This document shows positions 34,492 to 45,880 of a stretch of 64,000 nucleotides of DNA, one piece after another. Source of the stretch: a virus (Duplodnaviria > Caudoviricetes); the IMG/VR virus record IMGVR_UViG_3300035497_000279, positions 32,001 through 96,000 of that record; one strand, given 5' to 3'. Each line of letters opens with the position of its first letter. The stretch's first letter is position 1. Made by a program: the position numbers and the translations under genes. The notes below the pieces were generated by a model. That model ran no database searches. It was not told the DNA's origin and saw only the letters and a program-made list of their open reading frames with translations.

Positions 34492-37400
34492 ATGAAAGGT
34501 GTTAATAACTATTTGAAGAACGTCACTAAATCTATAGCATTTTCTGCCGCTGATGTTAGTAAAGAGGAATTTGCGCCTGAAATAGTTGAATTCGCCGAAG
34601 CCAATAAAGAGATATTCGTAGAAACTTATGCGATGCTCAAAAATCCTAAGGTAGCTATTAAGAAGTCTGTTCAAGCCATACAACAATCTAAAGTATATCA
34701 AGCTTTAGATTATGGTTCAAAGAATTTGTTTGAGGATTTACGTACTGGTAATTTCTACAACAAAGAACGTATGGAGAAAGACGAAACTAGACTAGCTGGA
34801 CTTAATGCCGAAAACTGGAATGATTTGTCAGAGTTTGGTGTAGACGATGACTGGGAGAAAAATCTTGGAAAAGATAAGAATGATAAGTCTAATGTAGTTA
34901 CTGCTGGGGATAAGGCTGTAGTTAGTGCTATAGAAGATACAACTAAAGCATCTAGCAGTGCTACAGTTAATGCTGTTATTGGTGGTGCTAATTCTATTAA
35001 TAAGAATAATAGAACCAATATGGCTATGCTGTATACTCAGAATGAGAAATTATTTGGAGGATTGCATCAAGATGTAACCGCTCTCGGTACTACTATTAAC
35101 TCTATGGCAAAAATGCAATCTACATCATTGCATAATATTGACGAAAATACTTCTAAATTCTTCACCGAATCATTAAAGCTTGATAACGAGCGCAATGCTA
35201 TCCTAAAAGAAATGCTGGAGATGCAGCGTAATATGTACAAGTCTGCTGCTGATAAAGAGAAAGAGCAAGCAGATAAAAGAAGAAGCAATAATAAATTTAG
35301 ATGGAGTGATATTTCAGCTAGTGGAATGCCTGATTTAAATAATTACTTTGAGTTAGTAAAGAAGAATGTAAAGAATCAGGTTTCTTCTTTAGGCATTGGT
35401 GGGTTATCTGAAGACTCTAATATGCTTGCATCATTCATGGTTAGTCCAATGAAGTATGTAACTGACTATGTTGTTAGTGGACTAATACCTGCAACTATTA
35501 AGGAAGCTACTAGGGAATTAAATGATAGTGTTGCCGGTATATTTGGCAACATTATTGGTCGTTTGGGAAATGCTAGAAGAGATAATGAGGGTGGAATACT
35601 AGGAGTACTATCTAAAATATTTGGTATTAATACTGGAGTAAATAGAAGTATTGATGTGTCTAAATATGAGAAGGGTCCTGTACCATTCGATGGTTTAACA
35701 CGTAAAGCTATTATTGACGTAATTCCTGCTCATTTGAGAAGGATAGAAGCAGCTTTAACAGGAAGACCAGAGCAAATGTTTAACTATGACTCTGGTAAAT
35801 GGGTTACTGTTAAAGATATAGAGAAAATGTATAAAGATATTAAGAAGAATGCCACTGCTCAAGGCACTGCTGAAATATCTAGAGTTGTTAAACCAGCATT
35901 TGATAGGGTTAAAGCATCTAATAAATACGATAATGATTCTCTTGATAAAGCATGGGAAGAGCTTACAGAATTCTTAATGGAGAATAATGGTATATTTAAC
36001 CCTAATGTATCATCTAGCAAGAATAATATTAACCCTGGAAAATATCCTAATCTGACTAATAGTAAAATCTATAAAATTGTTTGTACAATATGGAAGGAAT
36101 CTATTACTCATACTACTGAAACTGGAACAACTAGAAGTAATTATTCTAAATTACTTAATGTACCACAACAGGTATTAGCAGCAAAAGATGCTGAAGAGCG
36201 TAGATATAGAGAGATAGAAAGTTCTCAAACAAACGTAATTAAGCAATTAATGTCTGAGGGTGGTTTAAATAACTTTGATAAGCACGGTAAATGGAAAAAG
36301 AAGAATGGTAGAGATGATAGAGAAGAATTTAAAGTTTATAATAATCTTAATGATTATAAGGATGAATTTGGAAACTCTGTATTTAACTATCTTCAGAATA
36401 TCAATAAGGAACTTACCTTTGTTAGACTTAATGGTTTAACTACAATTACAACTTATTCTGGAACTATTAATGCTAAAATTAATGGTCATAATAACAAAGG
36501 CAAAGGGAAAAATAAAAATAAGAAATTACAAAATAGTCTTATTAATACCCCTATAAACCAGAATATAGATTTTAATAGTATAAGTATTGATAATCCTCAT
36601 TTATCTAGAGCATCATCTTTATTGAGTCATAACGATCCTATATCACAGAGATCATTAAATAGGGCTATAGAGAAAATTAATAAAGGTGAAGCTATCGATC
36701 TTAGAGATTTTGATGATGATGAGAATCAAGCTTTATTAGCTCTTACTGCATTAATAAGAGATGCAAATACTGATGAAGAAAATAAAAAGATTCGTGATGC
36801 TATCAATTCTAATGAAGTATCTGCATTTATTGATAAGAATTTCATTGGTACTAATACTACCACACTTAAACAGGTTAAAGAAGCTCAAAGGAAAGCTGAT
36901 AAAGAAGATTCTGATAATGACAAAGACGATAAGTATGATGATCTTCAAGAGAAGAATTTCATAGATAAGATTAAAGAAACTCTTAATAAATATGGTTCAG
37001 TAAGTAAAGCCATTAATGGAGCTGGAATTGAAGCCTTTAGAAATACATTATATGCTGCTGATAAAGCTATATATGAAATGATGTATAAAGCTGAATTAAA
37101 AGATGAAGATGAAGAAGGCAATGAAAATAAATATGAAGGTTTCATGGATATGATTGTTGGCAAAACTAAGGAAACTTTTAAAGGTTTAAAGAGTAGTATA
37201 GAAGAAAATATTATTAAACCTTTTAAAGAAAGACTTGGCATTGGTGATGATTTTAAAACTAATTTCTTTGATGCTCTTAAAGATTTAGCAGGTAAAGGAA
37301 CTAAGATGTTTCTTAATGCTAATAAAGAGGTTTACGGTGGCGTAGTAAAATATGGTAAAAGACAAATACAAAATCGTGAAGATAGAAAGCGAGCAGCAAA

Positions 37401-40400
37401 AACTAAAGAGCGTTTGTCTGGAATATACTATAGGAATGAAAATATAAATTCTGATACAGATTATATAGATTCTGATGGTAAATATATAAATTCTGATGAT
37501 GAATATGAGCTAGAACAGAGAGCTAGAAATCTTGGAATTTCAGAAAGAGATCTTCAGAAGTTAAGAGATCAATCTGTAACCGAAGATGGTCAATATTACC
37601 CACAAGTGTATGTATCTTTACTTAATCAATATTGTAAGAGTAACTCTAAGAAGTTTTCTAAAAAGATAACTCCTACTGATTATGATGAGCTTGCTAGTAA
37701 ATTTAGACGAGATAATCGTCTTGATGCTCTTGGAGCTGGTCAGATCTCTGTTACTAAAACTAAGAAAGATAAGAATGGTAATGTTATAGGAACTTACCAG
37801 AAAAGAACTGTTGATAGAGATGCCTCTGATAAACGAATGCTTGAATGGGGTCAAGATAATAATTATCTTCTTGAGAATGAAAAAGATATCGAGGATAACC
37901 TTATCAATAATGGTCTTGTAACTAAAGAAAAACTAGATACTATTAGAGATAATTCTTATAATTTCACATACAAATATGAAAAAGGTGAAGATGGTAAGAA
38001 AAGACGTAAAAAGATAAGAGGAGATTTTAATTACGACAGATATAGAGCTTCGTTAATGAAAATCTATGATAGAGATTTAAATAAGAATCATGCTAAAGGC
38101 ACTTTACCATTCATGGGTAAAAGTATGCTCTCTAAGGGAGAATTGCTTTTTAATTCTAAAGGCATGAGTTTAGTTAATAAGACTGATGCTTATAATATAA
38201 CTGAGCCTACACATATTCTTAATTCTGAAGATTCTCATGATTTATTAGAAGGTTTAGGAGTTAAAGGTATAGGACCAAAAGTTTCTATACAGCAGTCTCT
38301 TGGTAAAGAGAAGATTGCTGAGAAAAAACTATTTGGTAATAAGGGTGGAATTTCTCATAATGCTAGTGGTAGTGTAAAGATTACTGGAGGTACTGATATT
38401 ACATTAGATGATCTAATGGAAAATGCAAAGAAGTACTTACCAGAAACAGCTGCTGGAGGAACTATTGGTGGTATAGTAGGTTTATTATTCGGAGGACCAC
38501 TCTTAGGCGCTGGTATTGGTGCTGCTTCTTCACTCATTAACAGTAGTGAAACTCTTAAGAGTAAATTATTTGGTAAGATGGGTGAAAATGGTGAGCGTAA
38601 AAATAATGGTCTTATTTCTAAATCTATTCAAGATACTGTTAAGAAGTACTTGCCAGATGCTACTAAATATGGTTTGGCTGGAATTATTCCTGGATTATTA
38701 ACTCCTCTTGGACCTCTTGGTGGTCTTCTTATTGGTGGAGCTATTGGTATTCTTAAGAATAATGAAAATTTCACTAATAAATATTTCGGTGAGAAGGGTA
38801 AACTCACTATTAAATCTAAAGAGAAAGCTATAATTGAAAAGCTTGCTCCTGGAGCTATTAAGGGGGCTGGAATTGGAGCTATAGCTACACTATTCATTGG
38901 TGGGCCATTTGGTATTCTTGGTAATGCTGTTATTGGTAGTGCTCTTGGAATGATGACTACTACTGATGAATGGAAGAATATGATCTTAGGTACCGATATA
39001 AATGGTGTTCGTCAGGGTGGTTTAGTAGGTGCTCTTAAAGATGCTTTATCCCCAATAACTGATTCTTTCGTAAATCTTAAAGATAAATTAAATAAAGTTA
39101 TTGATGATAATATTGTAACCCCATTACAGAAGTTTTTAGTACCTGCCATTCATTCTATTCCTAGATTATTAGGATTAGTTCCTAAGAAGATAACAGAATT
39201 CTTAGATTCTAGATATGGTAGATCATTTAATAAGGTTCTTCAAACAGCATTAAAACCTGTAAACTTTATTGGTTCTAAAGCTATTGATTTTGCGGGTGGT
39301 GTTGCTGATGTAGCAACAAGACCATTTAAACTTCTTGGTAAAGCTGGAGATGCAATTAGAACTAGCGATATAACTCATAATAGAGCTGATTATATGACTG
39401 CTAGAGAAAGAATTAAGTTCTTGCAGGAACAGGAAAAGGATTATCTCGTTTCACCAATGGAGAAAGTACTTGCTAATATTGGTCTTGGAGGTGATAATCT
39501 ATCAGTTGAGGATGCTAAAAACCTTAGAGATAAGCTTAATATACTTAGCGATAATGAGAAAGATATAGATAAAGCGCAAAGAAGCTCTTTTAAGGATATA
39601 AGATCAAATCTTGAAAATTATAGAATGGGTAATGGAAAATCATTATCTAATAAAACTCTTAAAAAAGTAAATAAAGCATTAGAAACTAATGATGTTCCTC
39701 AGGTTGTTAAAATACTTGAAAATTCTGGTATGTCTAAAGAAGAGCTTAATTCTCTTATGTATGGAGATGTTGGTCTCAATGATAAATTAACTAAATTTAG
39801 CGATCTCAAAGAACGTAAAAGAAGATTAATTGATAATAAGGGCGATAAAGCAGGAATTACTGATGAAGCTAATAAAATGCTTGAGAAGCTTGGTATTAAG
39901 GATATTGACCTAAGTAAATCCGATGATGTACTAAAATTATCTAGTTTATTAAATACTGAGATTACTGATCGTGAAGCAAATCCTAAATCTTTAGAAGAAA
40001 AAGAGTTATCACTTAGCGAAGATAGAACTGAAAATGTTAAAATTTTGGTTGAAGATATTAATACTATTACTGATATCATGAAGGAAGGTATCAGTATAAA
40101 AGGTGATGACTTAGCAAAACTCTTTAAAGATAATGTAGAGCAACAAGTATCAGAAGCTATGGATGAAGCAAACGAGAATTTTGATAAGGTTGCTGGTAAA
40201 GAGGTTTCTAAATTTAAAGGTGAAGCATCTGATAGTTTAATAGATGAATTAAGCCGCCATAATACCAATTCAATTGCAGCAGCGGCTAAGACTGGATTGG
40301 ATCATCTTAATAACTCTAAGCAAGCAAAAACATTAACTGCTGAGCAAGCTTCTGTAGATCCAGATCAAGAAACAAGAAAAATAGCAGCAAAATTTATTAA

Positions 40401-43400
40401 AGATACTAAACTTATTATTGATGATGGAGTTATAGAATTATTAGCTTCAGAATCAGAACAGAATGATAAAACTTTAGAATCATTCTTTAAACAAGCATCT
40501 GAATATAGAGATGTATTTAATAACGAAATCAGCAAAGAAGATGCAGAATGGGTATTATCATTAATGCCTGTAGAAAGAGAAAATGTACTTAATAAGCTTA
40601 AATCACTTGATAAAGCCGGAATACAGGTAGAAAACATTAGAGAAGTATTAGAAACTAATACTATGGATTACGGAAATAGTAGTGCTGGAAATTTAACTAA
40701 GCACGCACTTAAAGTATTAGGTGGTGTTGGTACTGGAGCTGGTAAATTTTTATTTGATAAACTAAATCCTCTTTCTAAGGAAAGTGCATACAAGACTTTT
40801 AAAGGATGGCGCAATGATCGTAGATTAGATAAAAACTATGAAGAAGTTAAAAAAGAAGAAGAAGTTAAAAAAGAAGAAGAAGTTAAAGAAGAAAAAGAAG
40901 AGGATACTGGTGCTGAACCTGTAGCTGAGAATGGTTTAGGAACCATGCTTCTTAGAGGTGCAGGTAAACTTGCTAGTGGAGCATTTAAGGGTATTAAATC
41001 ATTACTTGGTGGAGGGAATAAAGAAAAAGATTCCGGTAATACTGAGAAAGCAGCAGCTGCAAATGCTGTAGAAAAAGCTATTGGTGAACCTCCTGAAGCC
41101 GCTCCTGCTCCTGTAGGAGATACAGATGATATTGATAAAAAGGGTGATGGTAGAAGTGTAGTACAAACATCCGCTGGACCGGTATACGCTAAGTTAGGTA
41201 CAGATGGAAGTATAGACTATGACACTACTGATTCAAAGACTAAAGAGGTTGTAAATAAACTTACTACAAAAGAAAAGATAACAGAAAAACTTCAGAAGGC
41301 ACAACAAGCAGCATCTGATTCCATCAATAAATTATTTAAAGAAGGTAAAGAAGAACAGAAAGGTACTAAATTATCTTTAATTGATTTAATATTTGGTGGA
41401 GCATTATTAGCAAAATCTGGAATCTTGACTAAATTATATGAAGGTGTTATTAAGCCTTTATGGGAAAATAAGCTCGAACCATGGATTAGCGATACAGTTA
41501 TACCATGGGTAACAGATGATTTAATCCCTGCAATTGTAGATGTTGGAGGCACTGTAGTAAATGGTATTGTATCTGCTCTTAAAGATGAAATTTTTAATAG
41601 TGGTGGGTTAGTAGCTCAGCTATTTAAAAATGTATTAGACCCAAATAGTGATGATGAAGAGAAAGATACAGAAATACCTCTTGATGATAAAGATCCTAAT
41701 CAGATGACTAAAATGTATGACGAAAACGGTAATTATTTGACTTATGGTCAAATAAAGAACGGAGAATACAAAAAGTTATACAGTGTTGATGGAGAGGAAA
41801 TCTACGTTGACGACAATAATAATATAATAAATAAGGCTGAAAACAATTACTATGGTAAGATAGCCAGTATCATTGGTAATGGTGCTGCTCATGCATTCGC
41901 TCAAGGCGGAGTTCCATTTATTAGTAAAGTATCAGAAGGATTAACAACCCTAAGTACAAAAGGTGGTATTGCTAGTAAAATCATAGGTGATACTGGAAGT
42001 GCTATATTAAAACCAGTTACAGCTGCTGGTAGTTTGGGTGATACTATTGCTAATTCATTAGCTGAGACTTCATTAGGAAGAACAACAGTTAAAAATGCAA
42101 GAGCCGCTGGTACTATAACTGAAGACGCTGCTACCCTAGGACAAAACTTATTAGGCAAAGTTAAAAATGCAGCATCTGGCACCAAGATTGGTCAGTGGTT
42201 ACAATCAGGTAAAGATCTTAATAAGGCTAAAAGCTTAGGTGGAATGTTTACAGAAGATGCTGGATTGAGTCAGAAAGTAGCTTCTAAAGTAGCAACAGCA
42301 ACAGAAGCGGTTAGTTCTAAACTTAGCAAAATAACTACAAAAGCTCATGGAGTTATTGATAATTTATTTACTAATAGTAGAGTAGTAAGTAAGCTTAAAT
42401 CTGTAGCTGAAGTGCTGCATATAGACGATGTAGTTTCATGGATATCTAAATTCAAAGATAAAGTAGTCAGTGTATTTGATGATGCTCTTGCTAAGGGTGT
42501 AGAAAAGGTTAGTTCTGAAACTGTAAAGAAAGTAGCTTCTAAATTAAACTTTATAGCAACAATAGCATTTATTGTTAAAGACTTTATAACTGGTTGTGAT
42601 CAAGCAGAATCAATTCTTGGAGTTACTGATACTACTATAGTTGAAGAATTGGTTGCTGGTATTGTAAATGCTTTATGTAATTTACTTATTATTCCTGCTA
42701 TATTCCCTGGAATTGCTACTATAGCTAGATCATTATTAGAATTCCTTGGTGATGATCTAGATGATCGTCAGAAAGAAGCTGATGAAGAATTAGAGCAGTA
42801 TAAACAGATAACTGGTAGTGATATAAGTAAAGAAGAATATCTTAAACAGAATTATTCTGTTACTGGAAAAATAGGTTCAAAAATTAAAAGTGTTACAAGC
42901 AAGGCAAAGGATGCTGTTGTAACCAAAGTTAAATCTGCTGTTACTACAGGAGTTAAAACTGTAGGAGATGGAGTACTTGGAGGTATTAGTACTGCTGTAA
43001 ATGCTCTTGGTAAACTTTTTGCTGTACCAGCAGCATTTGTATCTAAATGTATTAATTCTATTGGAGATACGTTCCAGAATTTAGTAAATGAAATTACTAC
43101 AGTTAAAATTGATAATAATACTGTAATTGAGCAAGCTAAAGCTGGAAATATATCAGTATTCTCATCAGATTATTGGTCAGTTGAATCAAATCACACTGGA
43201 TTTGGAGCTATTGGTAAAATATATGGTTGGTTGACTAGAGCTATGAATGCTCCAATAATTCTTTTATCTAATGTATTTTCTAGTGTTGCTGACTCATTCA
43301 GCAATATTAAAGATTGGTTAGGTGATAAATTTAGTGGGGTTAAAGATTTCTTTGAAGATCCTTTATCATTTATATATAAGAAAGTTACTGGTAAGGGTAC

Positions 43401-45807
43401 TGATGAAGGAACTGGTGGCGAATTTGAATCTACTACTGGAACTGGCACATTTAGATATGGTAGAGGATATAGCAAACAAATAGATCCTGGTATAAGAAAT
43501 GTTTCATTCAATTCCAAGAATGATACAGAGAAACAAACTATTGGCGATTCTGGATGCGGACCAGCAGCTGCTGTAAACGTATTAGAATCATTTAGATATG
43601 GTAAAGGAAGTAATGTTGTTAATGCTGCTAAGTATGCATTAGACAATGGGTACAAAGAAACTAATGGAGGAACTAAACCTGGATTCTTCTCTGACTATTT
43701 TGATATAAATGGTTATGGTTCTGAAACTACATCTAACAGATCTCAATTAGAGAATAATATTAATAATGGTATGCCTACAGTATTGATGGGTAAAGATTCA
43801 AATGGAGTATCATCTTCTACACCATTTGGTAAGACTCCTCATTATGTAGCTGTAACTGGAACTGATGGTAGAGGGCACGCTATAGTACAAGATCCTGAAT
43901 CTAAAGTTGATAATCAGCTTTATTCAACCAAAGATCTTTTATCTAAATCTTCTTTAGGAGTTTCTGCTTATGGTAGAGGAACAAAACGTAATAGAAGATC
44001 TAAAATATCTTCTTATGGTAAAGGTTTACGTGCTAGATATGGTATGGGTACAGTTAACCTAGATGACATGGTTACTGGTAATAATGGTATAAATCTTATT
44101 AAACACTATGAAGGGTATCGTTCTACAGCATATATGCTTTCTGGTGAAAGTAAATATACTATAGGTTGGGGTCATTCTGGTAGTGATGTTAAACCTGGGC
44201 AGAAAATTACAGAAGCTCAAGCTACTGAATTGCTTAAACAAGATCTTAAATCAGCAGAGCAATCTGTTAAGAGTAATCTTAAGAGTATATCCTTCACTAA
44301 TCCTACACAGAATCAGTTTGATGCATTAGTATCATATACTTATAATAGAGGTGTAGGAGCAGCTAAACAATTATATACTAATTGTAAGACACCTGAACAA
44401 ATTTCTGAAGGATTTGTTAAATATTGGGGAAGCGCTGTTAAATATAAGAGTGGCATAATGGCTCGTAGAAAAGCTGAACAAGCATTATTTAATTCAAATG
44501 CAACAAATTTTGTTGTGACTGGGTCAACGTCAGATACCGATACCACATCATCTGATGACTCTACTAGCAGTGATAGTTCTTCTAGCAATACTGGAATTAT
44601 TGATTCAGTTATTTCTACATTCTCTAATGTCTTAACCAACTCTACAGGTAGTAAGCTTCTTGAGGCATTTGCTGGATTAACTTCAAGCAGCTCATCCTCA
44701 ACTGATGATACTTCATCTGATAGCACCACTACAGATAGTACAGTATCTGGAGGTAATTATACTGGAACAGCTGGAGGACAACCTAAAAAGTTGTTAGAGG
44801 CTGCTACTAGCCAGATTGGGTATAGAGAAACTGGGAATAATAAGACTAAATATGGTGAATGGTTTGGTATGAATGGTCAACCATGGTGCGCAATGTATGT
44901 ATCATGGGCAGCTAACCAGGCAGGAATACCAACAACTATAATTCCTAAATATGCTTCTTGTGTTTCTGGATATTCCGATCTTAAGAATGCAGGAGCAAAA
45001 GAAGTTAAAGCTAATCAAGCAAATCCAGGTGATATTGTATTTTTCTATAATGGTAATAGATATTCTCATACTGGAATTGTAGAAGATTTAACCAATGGCA
45101 CTCTTCATACTGTTGAAGGAAATACATTAGATATGGTTGCAAGAAGATCATATAGTACTAGTGAAAGCAAGTTACATCTGCTTAGACCAAACTATACAGA
45201 TACTACATCAGGTGCTAGTTCTAGTAGTTCTTCTTCTACTAAGTATGCTGATGTTACAGGAATTCAGTCTTATGCTAATACCAGAGGTGGTAATTCTAAT
45301 AAACCATTATCTAGATTTGGTACATATAATGCTTCTCTTAATAGTGGTAAAGGTGGATTGGGCACTACAGGTATTAGGCATATGCTTAAGAGTAAAGAAG
45401 GAACATTTAAAATTGAAGAGCCTAATGAAGCAGAACAGTTATCACGTCTTGCTAAATCTGCTACAAGAAAAGTGGTTTACTATGGTAAAGGATCTTCAGA
45501 TAATACTTCTACAGCGTCATATACAACTAATGATTTCTTAAATTCTATAGTTAATATTTTAATGAGTATTGCTGATAATACTGATAAGCTTAACTTAATT
45601 GTAAGCATATTAAATGATAAACTTGGTATTGATATAACATCTAAAGATGTATCTAGCAACACTGGTAAATCATCTACATTAAAGAGTAAACTTAAGAGCA
45701 GTGTTGATAAGGGTACAGAAACAAATCTTAATAACTATGCAGATACTATTAATAATTCATCATTTAATACAGTAATTGAAGCTATGACAAAAATAGCAGC
45801 CGAATAA
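34492..45807 (+). CDS. giant tape-measure / tail-associated lysin (3771 aa) with glycine-zipper region and C-terminal C39-like peptidase, GH24 lysozyme and CHAP amidase
   Basis: SGCGP..HYV..VQDP (C39); LIKHYEG..YTIGWGH..QNQFDALVS.TYN.G..RRKAE (GH24); PWCAMYVSW..PGDIVFF..HTGIV..TVEGNT (CHAP). Confidence 0.85.
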   Translation: MKGVNNYLKNVTKSIAFSAADVSKEEFAPEIVEFAEANKEIFVETYAMLKNPKVAIKKSVQAIQQSKVYQALDYGSKNLFEDLRTGNFYNKERMEKDETRLAGLNAENWNDLSEFGVDDDWEKNLGKDKNDKSNVVTAGDKAVVSAIEDTTKASSSATVNAVIGGANSINKNNRTNMAMLYTQNEKLFGGLHQDVTALGTTINSMAKMQSTSLHNIDENTSKFFTESLKLDNERNAILKEMLEMQRNMYKSAADKEKEQADKRRSNNKFRWSDISASGMPDLNNYFELVKKNVKNQVSSLGIGGLSEDSNMLASFMVSPMKYVTDYVVSGLIPATIKEATRELNDSVAGIFGNIIGRLGNARRDNEGGILGVLSKIFGINTGVNRSIDVSKYEKGPVPFDGLTRKAIIDVIPAHLRRIEAALTGRPEQMFNYDSGKWVTVKDIEKMYKDIKKNATAQGTAEISRVVKPAFDRVKASNKYDNDSLDKAWEELTEFLMENNGIFNPNVSSSKNNINPGKYPNLTNSKIYKIVCTIWKESITHTTETGTTRSNYSKLLNVPQQVLAAKDAEERRYREIESSQTNVIKQLMSEGGLNNFDKHGKWKKKNGRDDREEFKVYNNLNDYKDEFGNSVFNYLQNINKELTFVRLNGLTTITTYSGTINAKINGHNNKGKGKNKNKKLQNSLINTPINQNIDFNSISIDNPHLSRASSLLSHNDPISQRSLNRAIEKINKGEAIDLRDFDDDENQALLALTALIRDANTDEENKKIRDAINSNEVSAFIDKNFIGTNTTTLKQVKEAQRKADKEDSDNDKDDKYDDLQEKNFIDKIKETLNKYGSVSKAINGAGIEAFRNTLYAADKAIYEMMYKAELKDEDEEGNENKYEGFMDMIVGKTKETFKGLKSSIEENIIKPFKERLGIGDDFKTNFFDALKDLAGKGTKMFLNANKEVYGGVVKYGKRQIQNREDRKRAAKTKERLSGIYYRNENINSDTDYIDSDGKYINSDDEYELEQRARNLGISERDLQKLRDQSVTEDGQYYPQVYVSLLNQYCKSNSKKFSKKITPTDYDELASKFRRDNRLDALGAGQISVTKTKKDKNGNVIGTYQKRTVDRDASDKRMLEWGQDNNYLLENEKDIEDNLINNGLVTKEKLDTIRDNSYNFTYKYEKGEDGKKRRKKIRGDFNYDRYRASLMKIYDRDLNKNHAKGTLPFMGKSMLSKGELLFNSKGMSLVNKTDAYNITEPTHILNSEDSHDLLEGLGVKGIGPKVSIQQSLGKEKIAEKKLFGNKGGISHNASGSVKITGGTDITLDDLMENAKKYLPETAAGGTIGGIVGLLFGGPLLGAGIGAASSLINSSETLKSKLFGKMGENGERKNNGLISKSIQDTVKKYLPDATKYGLAGIIPGLLTPLGPLGGLLIGGAIGILKNNENFTNKYFGEKGKLTIKSKEKAIIEKLAPGAIKGAGIGAIATLFIGGPFGILGNAVIGSALGMMTTTDEWKNMILGTDINGVRQGGLVGALKDALSPITDSFVNLKDKLNKVIDDNIVTPLQKFLVPAIHSIPRLLGLVPKKITEFLDSRYGRSFNKVLQTALKPVNFIGSKAIDFAGGVADVATRPFKLLGKAGDAIRTSDITHNRADYMTARERIKFLQEQEKDYLVSPMEKVLANIGLGGDNLSVEDAKNLRDKLNILSDNEKDIDKAQRSSFKDIRSNLENYRMGNGKSLSNKTLKKVNKALETNDVPQVVKILENSGMSKEELNSLMYGDVGLNDKLTKFSDLKERKRRLIDNKGDKAGITDEANKMLEKLGIKDIDLSKSDDVLKLSSLLNTEITDREANPKSLEEKELSLSEDRTENVKILVEDINTITDIMKEGISIKGDDLAKLFKDNVEQQVSEAMDEANENFDKVAGKEVSKFKGEASDSLIDELSRHNTNSIAAAAKTGLDHLNNSKQAKTLTAEQASVDPDQETRKIAAKFIKDTKLIIDDGVIELLASESEQNDKTLESFFKQASEYRDVFNNEISKEDAEWVLSLMPVERENVLNKLKSLDKAGIQVENIREVLETNTMDYGNSSAGNLTKHALKVLGGVGTGAGKFLFDKLNPLSKESAYKTFKGWRNDRRLDKNYEEVKKEEEVKKEEEVKEEKEEDTGAEPVAENGLGTMLLRGAGKLASGAFKGIKSLLGGGNKEKDSGNTEKAAAANAVEKAIGEPPEAAPAPVGDTDDIDKKGDGRSVVQTSAGPVYAKLGTDGSIDYDTTDSKTKEVVNKLTTKEKITEKLQKAQQAASDSINKLFKEGKEEQKGTKLSLIDLIFGGALLAKSGILTKLYEGVIKPLWENKLEPWISDTVIPWVTDDLIPAIVDVGGTVVNGIVSALKDEIFNSGGLVAQLFKNVLDPNSDDEEKDTEIPLDDKDPNQMTKMYDENGNYLTYGQIKNGEYKKLYSVDGEEIYVDDNNNIINKAENNYYGKIASIIGNGAAHAFAQGGVPFISKVSEGLTTLSTKGGIASKIIGDTGSAILKPVTAAGSLGDTIANSLAETSLGRTTVKNARAAGTITEDAATLGQNLLGKVKNAASGTKIGQWLQSGKDLNKAKSLGGMFTEDAGLSQKVASKVATATEAVSSKLSKITTKAHGVIDNLFTNSRVVSKLKSVAEVLHIDDVVSWISKFKDKVVSVFDDALAKGVEKVSSETVKKVASKLNFIATIAFIVKDFITGCDQAESILGVTDTTIVEELVAGIVNALCNLLIIPAIFPGIATIARSLLEFLGDDLDDRQKEADEELEQYKQITGSDISKEEYLKQNYSVTGKIGSKIKSVTSKAKDAVVTKVKSAVTTGVKTVGDGVLGGISTAVNALGKLFAVPAAFVSKCINSIGDTFQNLVNEITTVKIDNNTVIEQAKAGNISVFSSDYWSVESNHTGFGAIGKIYGWLTRAMNAPIILLSNVFSSVADSFSNIKDWLGDKFSGVKDFFEDPLSFIYKKVTGKGTDEGTGGEFESTTGTGTFRYGRGYSKQIDPGIRNVSFNSKNDTEKQTIGDSGCGPAAAVNVLESFRYGKGSNVVNAAKYALDNGYKETNGGTKPGFFSDYFDINGYGSETTSNRSQLENNINNGMPTVLMGKDSNGVSSSTPFGKTPHYVAVTGTDGRGHAIVQDPESKVDNQLYSTKDLLSKSSLGVSAYGRGTKRNRRSKISSYGKGLRARYGMGTVNLDDMVTGNNGINLIKHYEGYRSTAYMLSGESKYTIGWGHSGSDVKPGQKITEAQATELLKQDLKSAEQSVKSNLKSISFTNPTQNQFDALVSYTYNRGVGAAKQLYTNCKTPEQISEGFVKYWGSAVKYKSGIMARRKAEQALFNSNATNFVVTGSTSDTDTTSSDDSTSSDSSSSNTGIIDSVISTFSNVLTNSTGSKLLEAFAGLTSSSSSSTDDTSSDSTTTDSTVSGGNYTGTAGGQPKKLLEAATSQIGYRETGNNKTKYGEWFGMNGQPWCAMYVSWAANQAGIPTTIIPKYASCVSGYSDLKNAGAKEVKANQANPGDIVFFYNGNRYSHTGIVEDLTNGTLHTVEGNTLDMVARRSYSTSESKLHLLRPNYTDTTSGASSSSSSSTKYADVTGIQSYANTRGGNSNKPLSRFGTYNASLNSGKGGLGTTGIRHMLKSKEGTFKIEEPNEAEQLSRLAKSATRKVVYYGKGSSDNTSTASYTTNDFLNSIVNILMSIADNTDKLNLIVSILNDKLGIDITSKDVSSNTGKSSTLKSKLKSSVDKGTETNLNNYADTINNSSFNTVIEAMTKIAAE
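40840..40890 (+). repeat. in-frame 18-bp tandem repeat (EEVKKE x ~3)
   Basis: GAAGAAGTTAAAAAAGAA repeated. Confidence 0.8.
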
Positions 45808-45847
45808 ATATTACGATTTTCTTGGAGTGGTCAAAATCGACCACTCC

Positions 45848-45860
45848 AACATTATGTTAA
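45848..45860 (+). promoter_or_regulatory. late-type promoter AACA-ttatgt-TAA overlapping hairpin 45822-45849
   Basis: Motif match; TTGGAGTGGTC..GACCACTCCAA hairpin. Confidence 0.6.
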
Positions 45861-45880
45861 TATATAGGGAGGTGAGTATA

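Noticed and set aside
34755-45662. Many antisense or alternate-frame ORFs inside the tape-measure gene, and similar ones elsewhere in the track
   Set aside because: Shadow ORFs of strongly coding strands; no RBS and low-complexity translations
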